Of a stretch of 64,000 nucleotides of DNA, positions 1 to 10,829 are shown piece after piece. The stretch is taken from assembly GCA_963675595.2 (NCBI GenBank), contig CAXXLZ010000001.1, forward strand, positions 864,001-928,000, in the 5' to 3' direction. Position numbers and translations under genes: made by a program. Numbering within the stretch: position 1 is the first letter of the stretch; each line of letters begins with the position of its first letter. The notes under the pieces are model-generated. The model saw only the letters and a program-made list of their open reading frames with translations, was not told the origin of the DNA and did not search any database. Source of the DNA: Thermodesulfobacteriota bacterium. GTDB taxonomy: Bacteria > Desulfobacterota > Desulfarculia > JACQYL01.

Positions 1-366
1 TGGCACTTGTTGGACGCCTATGCCGCATTGTTCGTCTCTCTACTCATCGCCAAGGTGGGTTTGGAGATCATTTGGCAGGCTTTTCGTGAGATGGCGGATA
101 CGGCGCCCCCGCCGGAAACCGTGGAAAGAATCTATATGTGCATCCGAGGCGTGGAAGGCGTGCTGGATGCCCATGGATTGAAAGCGCGCTTCGTGGGTGG
201 AGTGTTGCAGGTGCAGGTTCACATTCTGGTCGACGGCGGCATGACGGTGGAAAAAGGGCATCAGATCACCCGGGAAGTTGAGGGGTGTCTGAAGGACGAC
301 TTCGACGACATGGGTGAGATCATTGTGCACGTGGAGCCTGAAAGCGCGGGTACCGACGAGCTTTAG
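1..366 (+). CDS. Cation diffusion facilitator family transporter, C-terminal part (5' truncated by window)
   Basis: Last TM helix (LDAYAALFVSLLI) followed by a ZT_dimer-like domain (HGLKARFVG...VHILVDGGMTVEKGH...IIVHVEP). Confidence 0.85.
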   Translation, partial: WHLLDAYAALFVSLLIAKVGLEIIWQAFREMADTAPPPETVERIYMCIRGVEGVLDAHGLKARFVGGVLQVQVHILVDGGMTVEKGHQITREVEGCLKDDFDDMGEIIVHVEPESAGTDEL

Positions 367-529
367 ATCGTTGAAAAGTGCTACTTCGGGCATTTTATGG
401 GGGGGCTCGCCTACGCGTCGAAACCCGGGTCGGGAGGCCTCTCGAACAGGTTACCGGGTCCAACCCACCGAGACTTCTGACTAAGGCGTCGCGGTCTGAC
501 TGCTCTCAAACGGCAAAGAGGCTCACCGC

Positions 530-1480
530 TCAGCTGGATCGAAATCCCATGGTCGCCAGATAACCGCCGTATGCCATGAGCAGGCAGACTCCCTCCCATC
601 GCGTCAATCTTCTTCCCGTGGCCATGAACACGAGGGCCATGACGCTGACTCCGATCATGAGAGGAAAATCGATGCGCACGGATTCCGCCGGACAGGGAAG
701 GGGATTGATCGCCGAAACGGTTCCCATGATGAAGAGCACGTTGAAGATGTTGGAACCGATGAGATTGCCCACGGACAGGTCCATTTCTTTCTTCAGGGCC
801 GCCATGGCCGAAGCAGCCAGTTCGGGCAAAGAAGTGCCCAAAGCCACGATGGTCAGCCCGATGACGAGCTCGGAAACGCCCATATGACGGGCGAGGGACG
901 AAGCCCCCTTCACGAACAGATCGGAGCCCAAGGCCAGACCCACAAGGCCCGCCAAGATATAGAGGCAGTCCATTGAGAGGGATCCCTTCATGCCGGAGGT
1001 CGGGTTCGGCGCGGGGTCGACTTCGAGTCGATTCTTGAAGCAATAGAACATGAAGAGGCCGAACAGGCCCAGAAGCAAGCCTCCATCCAGTCGGCCGATG
1101 GTTCCGTCGAGGGCCATGAAATAGAACAGCAGAGACGACGCCAGGACAAAAGGCATTTCCATTTTCAGGGATCGGCCGCTGGTGGGAAGAGGGCGGACGG
1201 TGACCGCCAATCCCAATACCAAAGCGATGTTGGCAATGTTGGATCCGACTACGTTTCCCACGGAGATGGCGGTGCTTCCTTCAAGTGCGGCGAGGAGGGA
1301 AACGAACAGTTCGGGGGCGGAGGTCCCGAGGGCGACCACGGTCAGTCCCACGGTCATCCGGGACAGTCCTTTCCGCACGGCAAGGTTGGAGGCGCCTCGT
1401 ACGATAAGACCTCCGCAGAAGTAAAGAAGAAGAATGCCCGCCACCAGAAAAACGACGGTGACCGGAAGGGAATAGGTCAT
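530..1480 (-). CDS. Calcium/sodium antiporter (CaCA, YrbG-like)
   Basis: Two alpha repeats GLTVVALGTSAPE and GLTIVALGTSLPE, plus GNVVGSNIAN and GNLIGSNIFN. ATG at 1480 has a GGAG RBS upstream. Confidence 0.92.
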   Translation of the reverse strand: MTYSLPVTVVFLVAGILLLYFCGGLIVRGASNLAVRKGLSRMTVGLTVVALGTSAPELFVSLLAALEGSTAISVGNVVGSNIANIALVLGLAVTVRPLPTSGRSLKMEMPFVLASSLLFYFMALDGTIGRLDGGLLLGLFGLFMFYCFKNRLEVDPAPNPTSGMKGSLSMDCLYILAGLVGLALGSDLFVKGASSLARHMGVSELVIGLTIVALGTSLPELAASAMAALKKEMDLSVGNLIGSNIFNVLFIMGTVSAINPLPCPAESVRIDFPLMIGVSVMALVFMATGRRLTRWEGVCLLMAYGGYLATMGFRSS

Positions 1481-1825
1481 ACGTTCTTGCCTCCGACGAG
1501 TTAAGAGCACTACCTCTTACCAGAAATCGTCGGTTGGGAACAGCCCTTATGGAGTCGCGAAGTCCGCGGTCGACCGTAGAAGGGGACGGGCGCTCCGTTG
1601 TCCCTTCCCATCTCGAACTCGATACAACATGGCCCCCGGTTGTCTCTCGGCCGAATATTGTCATTCGCCCTCAATATTCCGGCGGCCTCCTTGTGAGCGT
1701 CGCTCATGAGGAGGGCGGAAGGCCCGGCACCAAAGAATGCGCCCGCGCCGCTCCTGATAAGCGGTTCCACCGGGACTTGCAATGAGCTCCCGGTCATCGT
1801 AGACTAGTTCGTCATTCATTAGAAT

Positions 1826-2770
1826 GTGGAGACGCATACAGTGTCGGAAAAAATTACGGAAATTCTTGAAGACCTGTTCTTTATCGAGCGAGGATACCTA
1901 AACGGGAATCATTTCGTCTATCGTTCGGAGCAACCGGTGCTCATCGACACGGGTTACCGGGCCGATCTGGATGAGACTCTGCGTCTGATAAGAACTCTCG
2001 GGGCGGACGTGAGCAAGACCCGATTGATTATCAATACGCACTCCCACTGTGATCATATCGGAGCCAACCAATGCATCCAAGAACTTTCCGGATGCGACAT
2101 CGCCCTTCACAAGGTGGGGAAGAACTTTATCGATACGCGTAACGACTGGGCCACTTGGTGGAAATATTACGGTCAGGAGGCGGATTTCTTTGATTGCACT
2201 TCCGAGTTGGAGGATGGGCGGACGGTGTGGTTGGGGCCCCATCGATTTCGCGTGATTTACACTCCCGGCCATGCTTCCGACGGTATCGTGCTCTACAATG
2301 AGGAGGAACGACTTCTTCTTTCCTCGGATACCTTGTGGGAACGGGACGTCGCCGTGATGACCGTTCGCGTTGAAGGCAGCAGGGCTCCGTTCTGCATGCT
2401 CGAATCTCTCTCCGAGCTTCGAGGGCTGGACGTCGAAATGGTGTACCCGGGCCACGGTGAGCCCTTTCGAGATTTCGATCAGGCCTTGGATTCGGCGGAG
2501 CGCAAGGTCGGGGCCTATGTTCGGAATGCTTCGGATGCCGCCAACGATCTGCTGAAGAAGATCATCGTCTATACATTGCTCATGCGCAGGCATGTCGAGG
2601 AGAGTGATTTTTTTTCAATCCTGATGGATAGGATTTGGTTCAGAGAAACGGTGGATTTGTACTTTCAAAGCGAGTATCGGAAGAAATATCAGGAGATTAT
2701 GGAGGGCTTTTTTCGTCGTGGAATCGTGGTGCGAGAAGGAGAAGGTATCCGCACCACCGTAAAGCCGTAA
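1826..2770 (+). CDS. MBL-fold metallo-hydrolase
   Basis: THSHCDH, TPGH, SSD and YPGHG motifs. Confidence 0.9.
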   Translation: METHTVSEKITEILEDLFFIERGYLNGNHFVYRSEQPVLIDTGYRADLDETLRLIRTLGADVSKTRLIINTHSHCDHIGANQCIQELSGCDIALHKVGKNFIDTRNDWATWWKYYGQEADFFDCTSELEDGRTVWLGPHRFRVIYTPGHASDGIVLYNEEERLLLSSDTLWERDVAVMTVRVEGSRAPFCMLESLSELRGLDVEMVYPGHGEPFRDFDQALDSAERKVGAYVRNASDAANDLLKKIIVYTLLMRRHVEESDFFSILMDRIWFRETVDLYFQSEYRKKYQEIMEGFFRRGIVVREGEGIRTTVKP

Positions 2771-2859
2771 CCGAGAAGAATGAGTTATTCCGACTCCACG
2801 GAAACGCTTCGGCAGCCGTGACCGGTCGAATCCAACAAATCGGAAAAAGGGGAATGATT

Positions 2860-3120
2860 ATGTCCAAGGAAGACAAGCAGGTCATGATGTATACACTCAG
2901 CACTTGCGGTCATTGCAGAAGCACCAAGAAACTTCTGGGGGACTGCGATGTGGCGTATGATTTCGTGGACGTGGACCTGCTCACGGGCGACGAACGAAAG
3001 GCGATCCTTGAGGACGTCAAGAAATTGAATCCGGCCTGCACCTTTCCCACCATCAAGATCGGGGAAAAGGTGATTGTGGGTTACAAGGAGCAGGAGATTA
3101 GGGAGGCCTTGGGATTATGA
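2860..3120 (+). CDS. Glutaredoxin/NrdH-like redoxin
   Basis: CGHC active site and TFPTI cis-Pro motif; overlaps the FTR start. Start could also be 2854. Confidence 0.9.
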   Translation: MSKEDKQVMMYTLSTCGHCRSTKKLLGDCDVAYDFVDVDLLTGDERKAILEDVKKLNPACTFPTIKIGEKVIVGYKEQEIREALGL

Positions 3121-3452
3121 CGGAAGTCGAGAAGCTTTATGAAATGTTGAAGAAGGTTCAGGAGCCCAGAGGCTTTTATTTCAACAAGGACAAGGAATAC
3201 GTCTTTGAGCTCCTTGAAGGGTTGATCAAGAACAAAGAACGATATGGCTACATGAACTGCCCTTGTCGCCTTTCTTCCGGCGACCGGGAATGGGACAAAG
3301 ACATCATGTGTCCCTGCGTGTATCGAGAACCCGATGTGCAGGAGTACGGAAGCTGTTACTGCGCGCTGTACGTGAGCGAGGATTGGAACCAAGAGAAGAT
3401 TCCGCACCAATTTGTGCCGGAAAGAAGACCCGTTGAGAAGATGAGACTCTGA
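3117..3452 (+). CDS. Ferredoxin:thioredoxin reductase catalytic-subunit family protein
   Basis: CPC...CPC...CYC motifs typical of the FTR catalytic chain. Confidence 0.92.
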   Translation: MTEVEKLYEMLKKVQEPRGFYFNKDKEYVFELLEGLIKNKERYGYMNCPCRLSSGDREWDKDIMCPCVYREPDVQEYGSCYCALYVSEDWNQEKIPHQFVPERRPVEKMRL

Positions 3453-3641
3453 ATCGGGTACAACCGTATGATTCCGGCGATCGTAGAAGACCGGATGAGC
3501 CAAGGGGGACGGTCGTGATCGACCTCTCCCGAGCTCGAAGGGCCGGCTGAGAAGTCTCGATATCGGCCGGTCGCGTTATCCCCGTTGAAACACTTTCTTG
3601 ACGAGTTCACTTAAAACGTTCATAAATCGAATGACGATACA

Positions 3642-3795
3642 GGGTCGATAAATTTCGATTCTCGGCGGCAAAGCCGATGCCTGATCCGCCAGGGGGAGGC
3701 GGATCCCCCTTCGTCCCTCGCCATTGCCCCGCACTGCATCTGCGCCTCGATTCTCAGGGCCCTGTCGCCCGAATCCATCCTATGTTCATCGACCC
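3642..3795. repeat. Degenerate palindromic MITE/REP-like element
   Basis: Terminal inverted repeat GGGTCGAT...ATCGACCC; internal hairpin GATCCGCC..GGCGGATC; core resembles 12092-12212. Confidence 0.5.
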
Positions 3796-4762
3796 ACCGC
3801 GAACCGGTTCATCGACGAGCCGTCGCGGTTCGGCATATGCGGTTCTTTCGGAGTTGACACGCCTTCAAGGGAGGTCGGTCCCTCAATGGTCGGTCCGAAA
3901 AAATCGATCCTTTCTATTCTTTATCGGACCATTTTGTCGTTCCGAAATCTTCCATGTTCGTTTGCCCACGGCGTTTCATGCTTCCGGAACAGAGCCCGAC
4001 CACGCTTTCCAAATACCGAACAAAGGATCCGGGCGCCTTCCGGGTTCCCTCGGCGGGCTTGATTTCCCGGCGATATTGGAGGGAGAAACGGCCGTCTATC
4101 GGCGGAGTAGGGTGATTTCCTCGGCGACGGCGTTTACGAGACGGGGGGGAGTTATGGCAGGTGGAAGACTGACCATCGGAAAAAGAATCGGTTTGGGGTT
4201 CGGCTTGGTGCTGACGCTTCTGCTGGTATTGGCTGCCGTGGCGGTATGGGGACTTCGGGGGACCGTGGAAAACGCTCGAGAGGTGATTGAAGGGAACCAA
4301 TTGGACGGCACCCTCGCCCAGAAGGAAGTGGATCATCTGAACTGGCTGCGACAGCTCAATCTGTTTCTGACGGACGAACAGGTGACTGAACTCGGTGTGC
4401 AAACGGATGATACGCGCTGTGCCTTTGGGAAATGGCTATTTGGACCGCCGCGTGTGGAAGCCGAGAAGCTGGTTCCTGAATTGACCCCCCTTCTGAAGCA
4501 GATAGAGGAACCCCACCGAAATTTGCATGAATCCGCGAGAAAGATCGGTGAGACGTTTCGGCAACCTCATCGCGACTTGGCCGTGACGTTGGAGGACCGC
4601 TTATCGGACCACTTGGCCTGGGCCGAAGCGGTCGGGAGTACGTTGGCTGCGGAGAGCGCCGGGCTTGATCGCATACGGTCCATGGTCCAAAACTGTGTCC
4701 GCCTGGCTGTGTCCGCTATCCGAGGCATTTATGAAGACCCTTCGCCGTTGTCCGAGCAGGAC

Positions 4763-6060
4763 TGGAATGCCCCCCGATAATTGGTCCATGTATAATGAGA
4801 GTCTGAATGCCCAAAGAACGGAAGGAGACTTTTTGCATGGCCAAGAGAAAGAGACACAGCGCGGAGCAAATCATCCGGAAACTTGAAGACGCGGACCGTC
4901 GTCTGACGGCAGGGCAGACGATAGCGCAGGTTTGCCAATCGCTGGAGGTGAGCGAGGCGACGTACCACCGGTGGCGAAACCAGTATGGGGGGATGAAGGC
5001 TGAGGAGGCCAAACGGCTAAAAGAACTGGAAAAGGAAAATGCACGCTTAAAAAAGCTGGTCGCCGATCTGATGTTGGACAAGGCAATGCTGAAGGATCTT
5101 GCGGAGGGAAACTTCTAAGCCCGGCGCGTCGTAGGAAAGCGGTTGATTATGTTCGAAGTGAACATGCCGCTTCAGAGCGTCGGGCCTGCCGCGTAGCCGG
5201 TCAACACCGATCCACCCAACGTTATGAGCCGAAGGAACGGGACGATGAGGTGGAACTGATCAAGGCTCTTCACCGGTTGGTTGGAGAACATCCCCGTTTT
5301 GGATGCCGTAGGATCACTCGGCTGCTGCGTGATGCGGGGTGGGCGGTAAACTACAAGCGAATTCATAGACTTTGGAAAGAGGAGGGATTCAAGGTACCTC
5401 GAAAAGCCAAGAAGAAACGCTTCCTGGGAGTTGATGCCAATGCGTGCAACAAGCGTAAGGCGGCTTTTGCAAATGATGTCTGGACGTTGGATTTCATTCA
5501 TGACCGCTTGGTCGACGGCCGTCAGTTCAAGTGCTTGGCCATTGTCGACGAGTTTACTCGGGAAAACCTGGCCCTGAGGATCAACCGCTCCATTACGGGT
5601 GAAGACGTTTTGAACGAGCTGAGCCGATTGATGGGCGAGCGGGGAGTTCCAACGGGCATTCGATCGGATAACGGTCCCGAATTTATAGCCCAAAAGGTGA
5701 GAAATTGGCTGAAAGACCTGGGAGTGGGAACCTTTTTCGTCGAGCCGGGAGCCCCTTGGCAGAACGGGTACGTGGAAAGTTTCAACAGCCGTTTTCGGGA
5801 TGAATTCTTGAACATGGAAATTTTCAACAACATCAAGGAAGCGCAGACTCTGGCCGCCAAATGGCGGAAAGTCTATAACGAGGAAAGACCGCACAGTGCA
5901 TTGAATTACATGACCCCGGCCCGGTTCGCGGCGAGCCCTTGGGGCCTCGACTCCGCCTCGCTCAGCTCGGCTTCGCCGTGGCCCCAAGGGCCGGGGATGG
6001 AAAACCGCGAGTCATGATAAAACTCTCATAACTCCTGGACCAAAAACTGGGGGCTTGACA
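4763..6060 (+). mobile_element. IS3-family insertion sequence (IS407-like), 1298 bp
   Basis: TG...CA ends with imperfect IRs (TGGAATGCCCCCCGATAATTGGTCCA / rc TGTCAAGCCCCCAGTTTTTGGTCCA); 4-bp target duplication GGAC at 4759-4762 and 6061-6064. Confidence 0.95.
4837..6017 (+). CDS. IS3 transposase OrfA (4837-5118) and OrfB, joined by a programmed -1 frameshift
   Basis: HTH OrfA (VSEATYHRWRNQYGGM); slippery GGGAAAC at 5106-5112; the -1 frame reads LSPARRRKAV...; DDE motifs WTLDF, RSDNGPEF and NGYVESFN. Confidence 0.93.
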
Positions 6061-8050
6061 GGACCGAAAAGAACGAGCCATGCGCGTGGTCGCCTCCATG
6101 CGCTACGGCCCGGAAAACAAAGACTATCTTTGGATCAACGACATGCGTCCCTATATGGTCATGCACCCCTACAAACCCGAGCTGGATGGCACGGACCTGT
6201 CCGAGTTCTCGGACCCCAAGGGAAAGAAGCTGTTCGTGGAGGCCGTCAAAGTGTGTCGGGAAGGGGGAGAGGGCTTCGTCATGTACGAGTGGCCCTTGTA
6301 CGGCGCGGATGCTCCTGTTCCCAAGATTTCTTACGTGAAGCTGTTCAGACCGTGGAACTGGATTGTGGGTACCGGTGTGTATCTGGATCATACCAATGAA
6401 GCGCTCATGGCCAGGGCCGCCCAGGTTGCGGCCGGTGAACCGTTCTCTTTGGGCGTCGAACTGGACCCCACTCTTTGTGCTTTCGGTCGGTTCATCGATT
6501 CCCCTGAGACGGCTTCGCTTGCCGAAAAGTTTCCTGTTTTGAAACAGGTATTGGAGGAAATTCGAGAGCCTCACGAACAACTGCACCGTTCCGCCCGGAA
6601 GATCCAAGAGCTCGTCGACAGCGATCGCACGGAAGATGCGATCCGGGTGTACCAGAACGAAACAAAGGCTTCCCTGAAAAGAACCCTCGACCTGATGAAC
6701 CGGATCATCAAAGCGGAGTCCGAATTCGTCGATGCTCAGGAGGCCGCCAAACGGATCTACGCCCGGGAAACCGTTCCCAACCTTGAGGCGATTCAGGGGC
6801 TTCTTAGAAGAATCAGGGTGGTGGCTCGGGATAACATCACCACGGATCAGGTTATGCTCGACGCGGCTCGGCGAACCCGCCGGAATGTTACATGGATCGC
6901 CGTAGTGTCCGTCATCCTGGGGATCGCCCTGGCCTTCCTGATATCGAAAAGTACGGTAGGCATCCTGACTCGTATTTCACGCCACATGGACGGGGCCGCC
7001 CACCATGTGGCCGCAGCAGCCGGTGAAGTCGCCTCAAGCAGCCAGATGGTGGCGCAAGGCACATCGGAACAGGCTTCCTGCATCGAAGAGACATCCGCCT
7101 CCTTGGAGGAGGTGTCGAGTATGACTCGGCGGAACAGCGAAAATGCGGATCAGGCCAACCAACTCATGGAAAAAGCCGGCAGAGATATTCTGGATGCTCG
7201 GACCTCCATGACCTCCCTGTCGCAGTCCATGGAAGAAATCACTTCCGCGAGTCGGGATACTCGGGCCATCAATAAAAATATCGATGAAATCGCGTTCCAA
7301 ACCAACCTGCTGGCATTAAATGCCGCAGTGGAAGCGGCCAGGGCCGGGGAAGCCGGGGCGGGATTCGCAGTGGTTGCCGGCGAGGTGAGGAACCTCGCCC
7401 AAAAAGCGGCGGATGCGTCCAAGAAGACCGAGATGCTCATCGCCGAAACCGTAAACAAAGTGGAAGTCGGGCTGCAGTTTCTGAAATCCACCGAAGGTTC
7501 TTTCGAAGTCATGGCCGACAGTGTATCCAAAGCTGGAGGTCTGGTGGGGGAAATCGCCTCGGCGTCCCGCGAGCAGCTCCACGGAACCGAGCAAATCGGA
7601 AGAGCGGTTGTGGAAGTGGAAAAGGTGGTCCAGGTGAACGCTTCCAGTGCGGAAGAGTCCGCGGCCGCCGCTCAGGAAATGAATGCACAGGCCGAAAGGC
7701 TGCGTGCGGGAGTCAAAGTGTTGCTCGAGCTGACGGCGGGAGGGGCCAAAAAGTTTTCCCGCGAAGATCGCGAGACGACGCCGAAGAAGAGACTCGGGCG
7801 GACCCTGCAACTGCCCGAGCCCGACCGCACGGGAGCGGACCACGCTGAAGATGAGTTCTCCTGACGGTGTGCGTTCACCGGGGAAGAACGCGTGCAGGTC
7901 TTCAGGGGGAGGTCCGAAGCCTCTTCGGATCTCTCATCGATCTCCGAATGTCCGCTTCAAGCATATTTGGCCGAAGAAGGATTCGCTCCCTGAATCGGCA
8001 TCCGAGTTCCGTGAGGGCAGGTCATAGTGCCTGCCTTCATTTCTTGTCGA

Positions 8051-10423
8051 TCAGCTGTTCTCCGGATATTTAAAGGAAACGTTGAAGGTCCCGGAGATAT
8101 GTGGACAATTGAGAGTCATCACCCCGGTGGTGCTGCCTGTGAGGTTCAGACTCAAGGCGCAGGACTGTCCAAGGATGTCGGATTGAACGGAGATGCCGTC
8201 CGTAAAGTCGGGATCCAGGTGAGCCGTCAATCGACCTGCGGCTAATAAAACGATTACGCAGGACCCCGTGTCGTATTTCTGAAGGTAGAACTTGATGGAC
8301 CCATCGGGGTTATGCCAGATGGCATTGGTGGGAATAGACGGCCCGGTTTCTCCGTTGTCGGGATACGTCAAGGATACGGGAACGGAAAATGAACGAGTTG
8401 GAAGTTGGGCCGTGAGCGTGCCGGCGGAACCCCCGGCCGTACTGAGGGTGAGTGAGTAATTTTGACCCAGGATATCCTGAGTGCAGGATATACCGTCCTT
8501 GTAGTTCGGATCCAAAAAGGCCGTGAGCACGCCGTCCACAAACGCCACGACTACTGCGGAACCGGCCTGATATTTTTGAAGGTAGAAATTGACCTCGTTC
8601 GCCGAGCATTTCCAGATGCCGTTTTCGGCGTAGTAAGCGGTGCTGTCGAAAAGCAGTTCCACGTCGTCCACAATAAAGTTGGTGATGAGGCTTTCATCGG
8701 TGATCGCGAAGAATTCAACGGCAACATCTTGCCCGATGAACTCTGAAATGTCGAAAGAGGCGCTCCGAATCCAGTCATCCGTGGCATCCGCGTTGCTGAG
8801 AACGGTGATGTCCTTATAGTAGTCGTCGCTTGCGCGGTAGATACCGATTTCGAGCGTGTCGTAGGGTTCGAGCTCTTCCTCTTCCGTCTCGATACCGTAC
8901 CAGAAACGGAGCGTCGCGTTCTTGGCCGTGGAGGGAATCTTGAAATCCTGGGCGAGATAATCGAATTCCATGTAGTCGTATCCGCCCAGCCATGCGGCCC
9001 AGCTACCCTTATGGGCGCATTCGAGTCCGCCGAAAGTGTAGCAGGGCAGTTCCCAGATCACCCATCCCGTGGAGAACCATGCTCCGTCGTCTCCGTTTTC
9101 AAAGTCGGGGTTTTCCAGAATATTGGTGGTCAGCGCGGCACTGTCTTGGGTTACTGTAACTGTTTTTCCGGCGATGTTCAGCGTGCCCGTTCGCGCGTCT
9201 CCGGTATTGACGGAAACGCTGTAGGTCACCGTGCCGTTGCCGCTGCCCGAGGCCCCCGAAGTCAGCGATATCCAGGAGGCTTGAGAAGATGCGGTCCAGG
9301 CGCAGCCGGCGTTGGAGGCGCTCACCTTGAAAAGACCTTCTCCTCCGCTGGAGTAGAAATTTTCTTCATTCGGCAGCACTGAGTAATTGCACTCCGATCC
9401 ACCGCTCTCGAAGTCGATGTCCAGTGTTTGCCAGAAGAAGGCATAGAAGGTCTCATCATAGTATTGGTAGGTGCAATCGTAATTCATGTGCATGGGAATG
9501 CGGTACAGCCCGTTGGGGCGGTTGGCGGGCCCCCCCCAGCTGTTGAGAATAAGCCAGTAGTGGTTTGCCGGATCGGGGGCGGTATCGTCATAACCCACGA
9601 GCAACACGGCATGTCCGCCTCCCTCGTCCGTGTACGTCATCCCGCAGGTGTCCCGGTAAAAGAGAGCGTTTTCCGATTCGTCGTCCCAGAATGAGTAGAA
9701 ATGGTTCCAACTCGAGTCATCGGGGAGATAAAAGCCGAAAAAAATGGCTTTGTTCTGGTGAAGCACGTTCTTTATGTTGGCAATGGCCGCCGCCTCGCCG
9801 ATCCCGTAGGTTTGAACGGTCACCGGAGTGATGGATCGGATGGGATAATTGGTGTCGGTCTGAATGCCGGCACAACTGGTCACACTGGAACCGTAGTTAC
9901 AGCCGCTTTCGGCATCCGCGAAGGAGGCGTTTCCATTGGACCAAGGAAAGAACATGCCCACTCTCCCATACCAGGAGGCGTACTTCTCCAACGTGCCGCC
10001 GCAGCAGGCAAAGTTGTCCATCTTGCAGGAGTTTAGATACTGAGTGGACAGTCGGTCGTAGATGCCTTGCTGCGTAGACAGCGCCACTTCCACCACGCCG
10101 GTGCCCGCCCAATTCCAGCAGTTTCCGCAGTAACCCTGATTCCGTTCGTCGGGATCGTAGGTCAGATATTGCAGTAGGCTCTTCGATCCGCCCATGCCTT
10201 CCAGCTTGCTTTGTTGCAGCGATTTGGTTATGGCAGGGTCCGTGTACGCGGCGGCGGCATTAAGTCTCTCGCTCTGCCATCTCAAAATCGTGTCCACGGA
10301 GGGCCGCATGATCCGGTCCCGAAGCCGTTCCCGATCGAGGTCGGACGAATCCGCGGACCAGGCGAAGCTTAACGTCGATGCGAAAAGAAAAAAACTCATC
10401 AGAAACCAAAACATCTTTTTCAT
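8051..10423 (-). CDS. Exported C1 (papain-family) cysteine peptidase with BACON-like, beta-sandwich and two C-terminal repeat domains
   Basis: Signal peptide; QGYCGNCW, GGHAVLLVGY and NSWG catalytic motifs; BACON-like WTASSQASWISLTSG...RTGTLNIAG. Confidence 0.85.
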   Translation of the reverse strand: MKKMFWFLMSFFLFASTLSFAWSADSSDLDRERLRDRIMRPSVDTILRWQSERLNAAAAYTDPAITKSLQQSKLEGMGGSKSLLQYLTYDPDERNQGYCGNCWNWAGTGVVEVALSTQQGIYDRLSTQYLNSCKMDNFACCGGTLEKYASWYGRVGMFFPWSNGNASFADAESGCNYGSSVTSCAGIQTDTNYPIRSITPVTVQTYGIGEAAAIANIKNVLHQNKAIFFGFYLPDDSSWNHFYSFWDDESENALFYRDTCGMTYTDEGGGHAVLLVGYDDTAPDPANHYWLILNSWGGPANRPNGLYRIPMHMNYDCTYQYYDETFYAFFWQTLDIDFESGGSECNYSVLPNEENFYSSGGEGLFKVSASNAGCAWTASSQASWISLTSGASGSGNGTVTYSVSVNTGDARTGTLNIAGKTVTVTQDSAALTTNILENPDFENGDDGAWFSTGWVIWELPCYTFGGLECAHKGSWAAWLGGYDYMEFDYLAQDFKIPSTAKNATLRFWYGIETEEEELEPYDTLEIGIYRASDDYYKDITVLSNADATDDWIRSASFDISEFIGQDVAVEFFAITDESLITNFIVDDVELLFDSTAYYAENGIWKCSANEVNFYLQKYQAGSAVVVAFVDGVLTAFLDPNYKDGISCTQDILGQNYSLTLSTAGGSAGTLTAQLPTRSFSVPVSLTYPDNGETGPSIPTNAIWHNPDGSIKFYLQKYDTGSCVIVLLAAGRLTAHLDPDFTDGISVQSDILGQSCALSLNLTGSTTGVMTLNCPHISGTFNVSFKYPENS

Positions 10424-10655
10424 GACGCGTCTCCCGGATGGTTCGGTGGTCCCGTGCTCCCGTGGACTATGTGCGATGTTCTTAGGGGTAAGAGCTGTTC
10501 CGCAAGGGCGCCTCGTTCCTGCGACGGCCCCTAACGCCCCTGGCCGAAATTTTGGCTGAGTATATGTTGTACTATTTGCTCATATACTTTCCACGGTGTC
10601 GTTTCAACACCCATACGACTCTCCTCTTCGAGGCGCTGATGGGATGCAGTTCTCG

Positions 10656-10671
10656 TGGCATCCAACTTGCT
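10656..10671 (+). promoter_or_regulatory. Sigma54 (-24/-12) promoter upstream of the EAL gene
   Basis: TGGCATCCAACTTGCT matches TGGCAy-N5-TTGC with exact GG-N10-GC spacing, about 160 bp upstream of 10830. Confidence 0.7.
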
Positions 10672-10829
10672 TTAAGAACGATATTGCATCTTGATGATAT
10701 CGGGACTTTCCTCCCGAACCTCCTGCGGCACAGGCAATGACCGTCTATGGGGAGCCTGGGAAGCGCCCTTGGAATCAAGCCCGGGCTACGGGTATGGAGG
10801 ACACAACTACCGGACGGTAGGAAATTCAT

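Larger units (their letters stand above)
4154..7864 (+). pseudogene. Methyl-accepting chemotaxis protein (TM-CZB-CZB/sCache_2-TM-MCP signal) interrupted by IS3
   Basis: 4154-4762 and 6065-7864 join in frame (..SEQD|RKERAMRVV..) to give about 802 aa. [23 protein letters not shown] signalling motif present. Confidence 0.9.

Noticed and set aside
3677-4153. N-terminal extension of the 367-aa ORF
   Set aside because: Runs through a palindromic repeat; the real start is ATG 4154 with a GGGGAG RBS and TM helix.
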